Source of the DNA: Eubacteriales bacterium
GTDB lineage: Bacteria > Bacillota > Clostridia > Oscillospirales > CAG-382
Assembly (NCBI GenBank): GCA_045538555.1
Contig: JAZSRP010000049.1
Span: forward strand, 129,476-193,475
Length of the DNA: 64,000 bases
Reading direction: 5' to 3'
In this document: positions 61,065 through 64,000 of the stretch, piece after piece
Position numbering within the stretch: position 1 is the stretch's first letter
Layout of the letters: every line of letters begins with the position of its first letter
Notes under the pieces: model-generated
Seen by the model: only the letters and a program-made list of their open reading frames with translations
What the model was told of the DNA's origin: nothing
Databases searched by the model: none
Position numbers and translations under genes: made by a program

Positions 61065-62072
61065 ATGAAAAGGCTTATTTCTATTATTTTTCTTATATGT
61101 GTCCTTGTGCTTTCGGGATGTAACGCTGATACCTCCAACACAAGCGACACGACGAACGGCGGCGAAACAATTTTCGGGGAATCGACGAACACATCACCCA
61201 ACAATGGCTCTGAATTGCGCATCGAGGAAAAGCGTTTTTTGTTGCCAAGCGACGGCTATCAATTAAATGCTGTTTATACCTATATTGATGACGGAAAGGC
61301 TCACCCTGCAGTTTTGCTGATTGCAGGTTCCGGTCCGAGCGATTGTGACGAAACCGTAGGTGCCTTGAAACCATTTGAAGATATAGCGCACGGACTTGCG
61401 CAAGAAGGTATCAATTCTCTGCGCGTAGATAAAAGAACGTTCAGCTATGCTGCCGATTTCGATATAAAGTGCGGTATCAAAGAAGAATACATTGATGACT
61501 GTAATGCTGCCATTGAATATTTGAAAACGCAAAACATTTCGAGCTTATACTTGCTCGGACATAGCCTCGGTGGACAGATTGCAACCGAGCTTGCTAAAAA
61601 CACCGCAGACATTGATGGTATGATCCTCTTCAACAGTTCCGCTCGGCATCTTGCGGATATTGCCTGCGATCAATATTCCGCTATTGATCCAGTAAATAAA
61701 TCCTCATATATCACATATGCTGAGGCTGCAAAAAATGTAACCGCTTCTTCGGCGAAGGGATACTATTATTACAATGTGAGTGATCATTATTGGGTATCCT
61801 ATAATCAAATGGATACCGCCAAAAATATTTCAGATGCTAACATAAAAACTCTTATCATTAACAGTAAATTTGATAACCAATCATTTAACGAGGATCTCAA
61901 TCTATGGTCAACGCTCTTTTCGGATTCTGCAAATGTTTCTATATGTGTATATGACGACATAAGCCATTTCGGATATAAGATTAATACGTCAGATCCTTCG
62001 TCAATATATACTCGTGTTGATTTTCCAAGCGAGGTCATTACAGCTTTTGCTGATTTTATTAAGGAAAATTGA
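61065..62072 (+). CDS. Alpha/beta hydrolase lipoprotein
   Basis: Lipobox LSGC, nucleophile elbow GHSLGG. The ATG at 61065 lies 6 nt after GAGGTG. Confidence 0.8.
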   Translation: MKRLISIIFLICVLVLSGCNADTSNTSDTTNGGETIFGESTNTSPNNGSELRIEEKRFLLPSDGYQLNAVYTYIDDGKAHPAVLLIAGSGPSDCDETVGALKPFEDIAHGLAQEGINSLRVDKRTFSYAADFDIKCGIKEEYIDDCNAAIEYLKTQNISSLYLLGHSLGGQIATELAKNTADIDGMILFNSSARHLADIACDQYSAIDPVNKSSYITYAEAAKNVTASSAKGYYYYNVSDHYWVSYNQMDTAKNISDANIKTLIINSKFDNQSFNEDLNLWSTLFSDSANVSICVYDDISHFGYKINTSDPSSIYTRVDFPSEVITAFADFIKEN

Positions 62073-62080
62073 CAATAAAA

Positions 62081-62114
62081 AACCATTGAGGGCGCCTTAC
62101 TCGGCGCCCTCTTT
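62081..62114. repeat. 34-nt hairpin module, copy 2 (bidirectional terminator between convergent genes)
   Basis: AACCATTGAGGGCGCCTTACTCGGCGCCCTCTTT. See copy 1. Confidence 0.85.
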
Positions 62115-62118
62115 TAGT

Positions 62119-62778
62119 TTAACTATTTTCTGAAATCCATTTCTTTGACCAGGCAAACAACGATTCGGACATTGAATTGAACTCTACCGCTCCTCCATTT
62201 TTCAAATTCAGAAACGTATCAACGATAACCCTTTCATCATTTGAAACATTATTCCGCAATTCACTTTGATGTTTTATGTATTTGCCTGTTTGCTTGAAAG
62301 CGATAGCCTGCACAACGAAAGAAGCGGATTTATATAATCCTTTCAAAATATCCTCGCTCTTATCAAACAGCATATTGTGAACGCACCCGTGATAGACGTT
62401 GCAAGCACCGATTTTAATTGCTTTGTTAACAGCGGATTCATCAAGCAACGCAAGCAATTTATCAAGACTACCTTGTATAGGGGTTGTGTCATAATAAAAC
62501 TGAAAAAGGTCGGAAGGCTCCCAATTCATAATTTCCTTTTTGCCCGAAAGGAAGCCACAAATAAATTTTCTGTGAGGTAACGTATCCAGCATATCATTAT
62601 AAGTTTTGATATCCATAGCAGACAATTCATCCAGAATCACAACAACGTCAACGTCGCTTGTTTCTGTTGCTTCACCGCGACCGTAACTGCCTTGCAAACC
62701 GACAAACCATACGCGGTTTGCAAAGGTTTCATTTAATGCTTGTAAAAAGTCTTCCATCCAAGCAGTAATATCGATCAT
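62119..62778 (-). CDS. Nucleotidyltransferase domain protein (Pol-beta superfamily, KNTase/MNT-like)
   Basis: GSYGRGEATETSDVDVVVILD is the G[SG]-x9-13-DxD NTase motif. GAGG lies 8 nt before the ATG at 62778. The substrate is unknown. Confidence 0.72.
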   Translation of the reverse strand: MIDITAWMEDFLQALNETFANRVWFVGLQGSYGRGEATETSDVDVVVILDELSAMDIKTYNDMLDTLPHRKFICGFLSGKKEIMNWEPSDLFQFYYDTTPIQGSLDKLLALLDESAVNKAIKIGACNVYHGCVHNMLFDKSEDILKGLYKSASFVVQAIAFKQTGKYIKHQSELRNNVSNDERVIVDTFLNLKNGGAVEFNSMSESLFAWSKKWISENS

Positions 62779-63068
62779 CTTAATCACCTCGTCAAATTGA
62801 TTTTTTCAGTGAGAGTATTATATCATTTTTCTCGCCTTTTCTCAACCCTTTTTTCTTTGTCTACTGTGGGGAAACGGTTGGTGTGGGGTTGCAAGGTGGA
62901 TCTGTTTATGATATAATGGTTGCACGGTGAAAGCCGAATTTATTTTTTGGAGAATGCTGTTTGAAAAGAAACAACACCTTGGAGATTGTAGCGTAACCGA
63001 GAGGTTGGCTGCAATGTCGCAAAACCTCTCATAAAATTGATTCGTCACAATATTATTGGAGGTAACAA

Positions 63069-63722
63069 ATGGAAAATTTGACGATACGTTTAGAGACAGA
63101 AAAAGACTACAGAGCCGTAGAAGAACTGACCCGTGAGGCGTTTTGGAACGTCTACAAGCCCGGGGCGGACGAGCATTATTACGTTCATACGATGCGTTCC
63201 CATCCCGATTTCATACCGGAGCTTGCTTTTGTGCTTGAGAAGGACGGCGAGATCGTGGGCAACATCATGTACACGAAGGCGTGGCTTGAAGATGAAGACG
63301 GAAACCGCAAGGAGATCCTTTCCTTCGGACCGCTTTGCGTCGCACCGAAATATCAAAGGCAGAAACTCGGCAAACGGCTCATCGAGCATTCCTTTGAGGC
63401 GGCTCGCAAGATGGGATATGACGTGAACATCAACTTCGGCAATCCGGGCAATTACGTCAGCCGTGGGTTCGTGAGCTGCAAAAAGAAGAACGTGAGCTTT
63501 GTGGTGGACGGAAACTTCCCGACCGCGCTTCTCGTTTGCGAGCTTGTTCCAAACGTACTTGACGGCAAAAAATGGATGTATATCCCGTCTACTGCCGCCG
63601 ATTGCTGTGAGGACGTCGCCGCTGTCGAAGCATTTGATTCAACCTTTCCTTCCAAGGAAAAGAAGTGGATGCCCAGCCAAGAGGAGTTCTATATTTATAG
63701 TCATTCGTCTGTTATAAGGTAA
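63069..63722 (+). CDS. GNAT family N-acetyltransferase
   Basis: YQRQKLGKRLIEHSFEAARKMGYD is an acetyl-CoA-binding Q/RxxGxG/A-like motif. RBS GGAGG. Confidence 0.82.
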   Translation: MENLTIRLETEKDYRAVEELTREAFWNVYKPGADEHYYVHTMRSHPDFIPELAFVLEKDGEIVGNIMYTKAWLEDEDGNRKEILSFGPLCVAPKYQRQKLGKRLIEHSFEAARKMGYDVNINFGNPGNYVSRGFVSCKKKNVSFVVDGNFPTALLVCELVPNVLDGKKWMYIPSTAADCCEDVAAVEAFDSTFPSKEKKWMPSQEEFYIYSHSSVIR

Positions 63723-63731
63723 ACGTAAAAG

Positions 63732-63766
63732 CCGCTGAGGTTAAATTCCTCAGCGGTTGTTTTTGT
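63732..63766. terminator. Bidirectional terminator
   Basis: CCGCTGAGG-loop-CCTCAGCGG followed by TTGTTTTTG, with an A-run upstream. Confidence 0.85.
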
Positions 63767-63772
63767 GTGGTG

Positions 63773-64000
63773 TTATATTTTTATAATCTTCGATATTTGG
63801 TTTTCGGTGGCGTTGGGGAGCATGGTTTTGAGATGGGCGATGATTCTTTGTTTTGATTCCTCGGTGGCGGTTTTATAGGCGGAGGTGATGTAGTTGTATC
63901 CGAAGAGGTGCTCCGGGGTTGTGTATTGCGCCACGCCCCAGCCGTAGGGGTTGCCGTGCCTATCGAGCATATAGATAAAGTCCGCAACGCAAACATAACT
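63773..64000 (-). CDS. Hypothetical protein, C-terminal fragment (gene starts beyond the window end)
   Basis: The frame stays open upstream of the track's Met to the window edge (SYVCVADFIYMLDRHGNPYGWGV...). No family recognised. Confidence 0.45.
   Translation of the reverse strand, partial: SYVCVADFIYMLDRHGNPYGWGVAQYTTPEHLFGYNYITSAYKTATEESKQRIIAHLKTMLPNATENQISKIIKI

Noticed and set aside
62119-63722. Antibiotic-resistance calls for the nucleotidyltransferase and GNAT
   Set aside because: Only generic superfamily motifs are visible. I see no similarity I can verify by eye to ANT, Lnu or AAC reference sequences.
1-64000. CRISPR arrays, rRNA genes, intact IS elements or transposases
   Set aside because: I saw no regularly spaced 25-40-nt direct repeats, no rRNA-like conserved stretches, and no transposase- or integrase-length ORFs with DDE or tyrosine/serine recombinase motifs. 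A hand scan cannot exclude short or degenerate repeats.

Overview
This looks like a chromosomal window from a Firmicutes/Clostridia-type genome. I infer that from gene content, GGAGG-type RBSs, TTGACA-17-TATAAT promoters and hairpin/T-run terminators; no database search was possible. 1-15.4 kb holds core biosynthesis: the 3' part of a purine operon (purM', purN, PurO-type IMP cyclohydrolase, AICARFT-only purH, purD, single-chain purL), then a complete hisZGDCBHAFI(E) operon. 15.4-31.8 kb holds small membrane/lipoproteins, tRNA-Pro(GGG), nagB, a nitroreductase, MarR plus a two-gene ABC exporter, gap, TatD with a TatD-linked radical SAM gene, metG, a UPF0210/ACT pair and tadA. 31.8-43.9 kb is a visibly lower-GC accessory stretch with a CPBP protease, an HprK-like P-loop protein and a secreted CotH kinase. 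It also carries the most interesting candidate: a divergently transcribed pair made of a TIR-domain protein (degenerate guanylate-kinase-like N-terminus) and a 1395-aa DUF4062 / STAND P-loop NTPase / helical-repeat protein. This pair resembles an NLR-like anti-phage module but does not match any named system I can recall. It is followed by a 1.3-kb XRE-membrane-regulator cassette bracketed by ~45-bp inverted repeats. 43.9-58.9 kb holds ppdK, RNase P RNA (minus strand, invisible to the ORF track), murD, three tandem M42 peptidases, a YnbB-like PLP enzyme, a YD-repeat lipoprotein, a DUF2975-HTH-DUF4153 module and a stand-alone ABC-like ATPase. 58.9-64 kb holds tRNA-Pro(UGG) followed by an islet: an AT-rich orphan gene, an integrase-like remnant, MerR plus a lipoprotein hydrolase, a nucleotidyltransferase and a GNAT, with a duplicated 34-nt terminator/3'-end module. 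I saw no CRISPR array, rRNA, or intact transposase/integrase. Many ORF-track starts are over-extended because the track translates GTG/TTG as M; I re-set starts where an RBS supports it.
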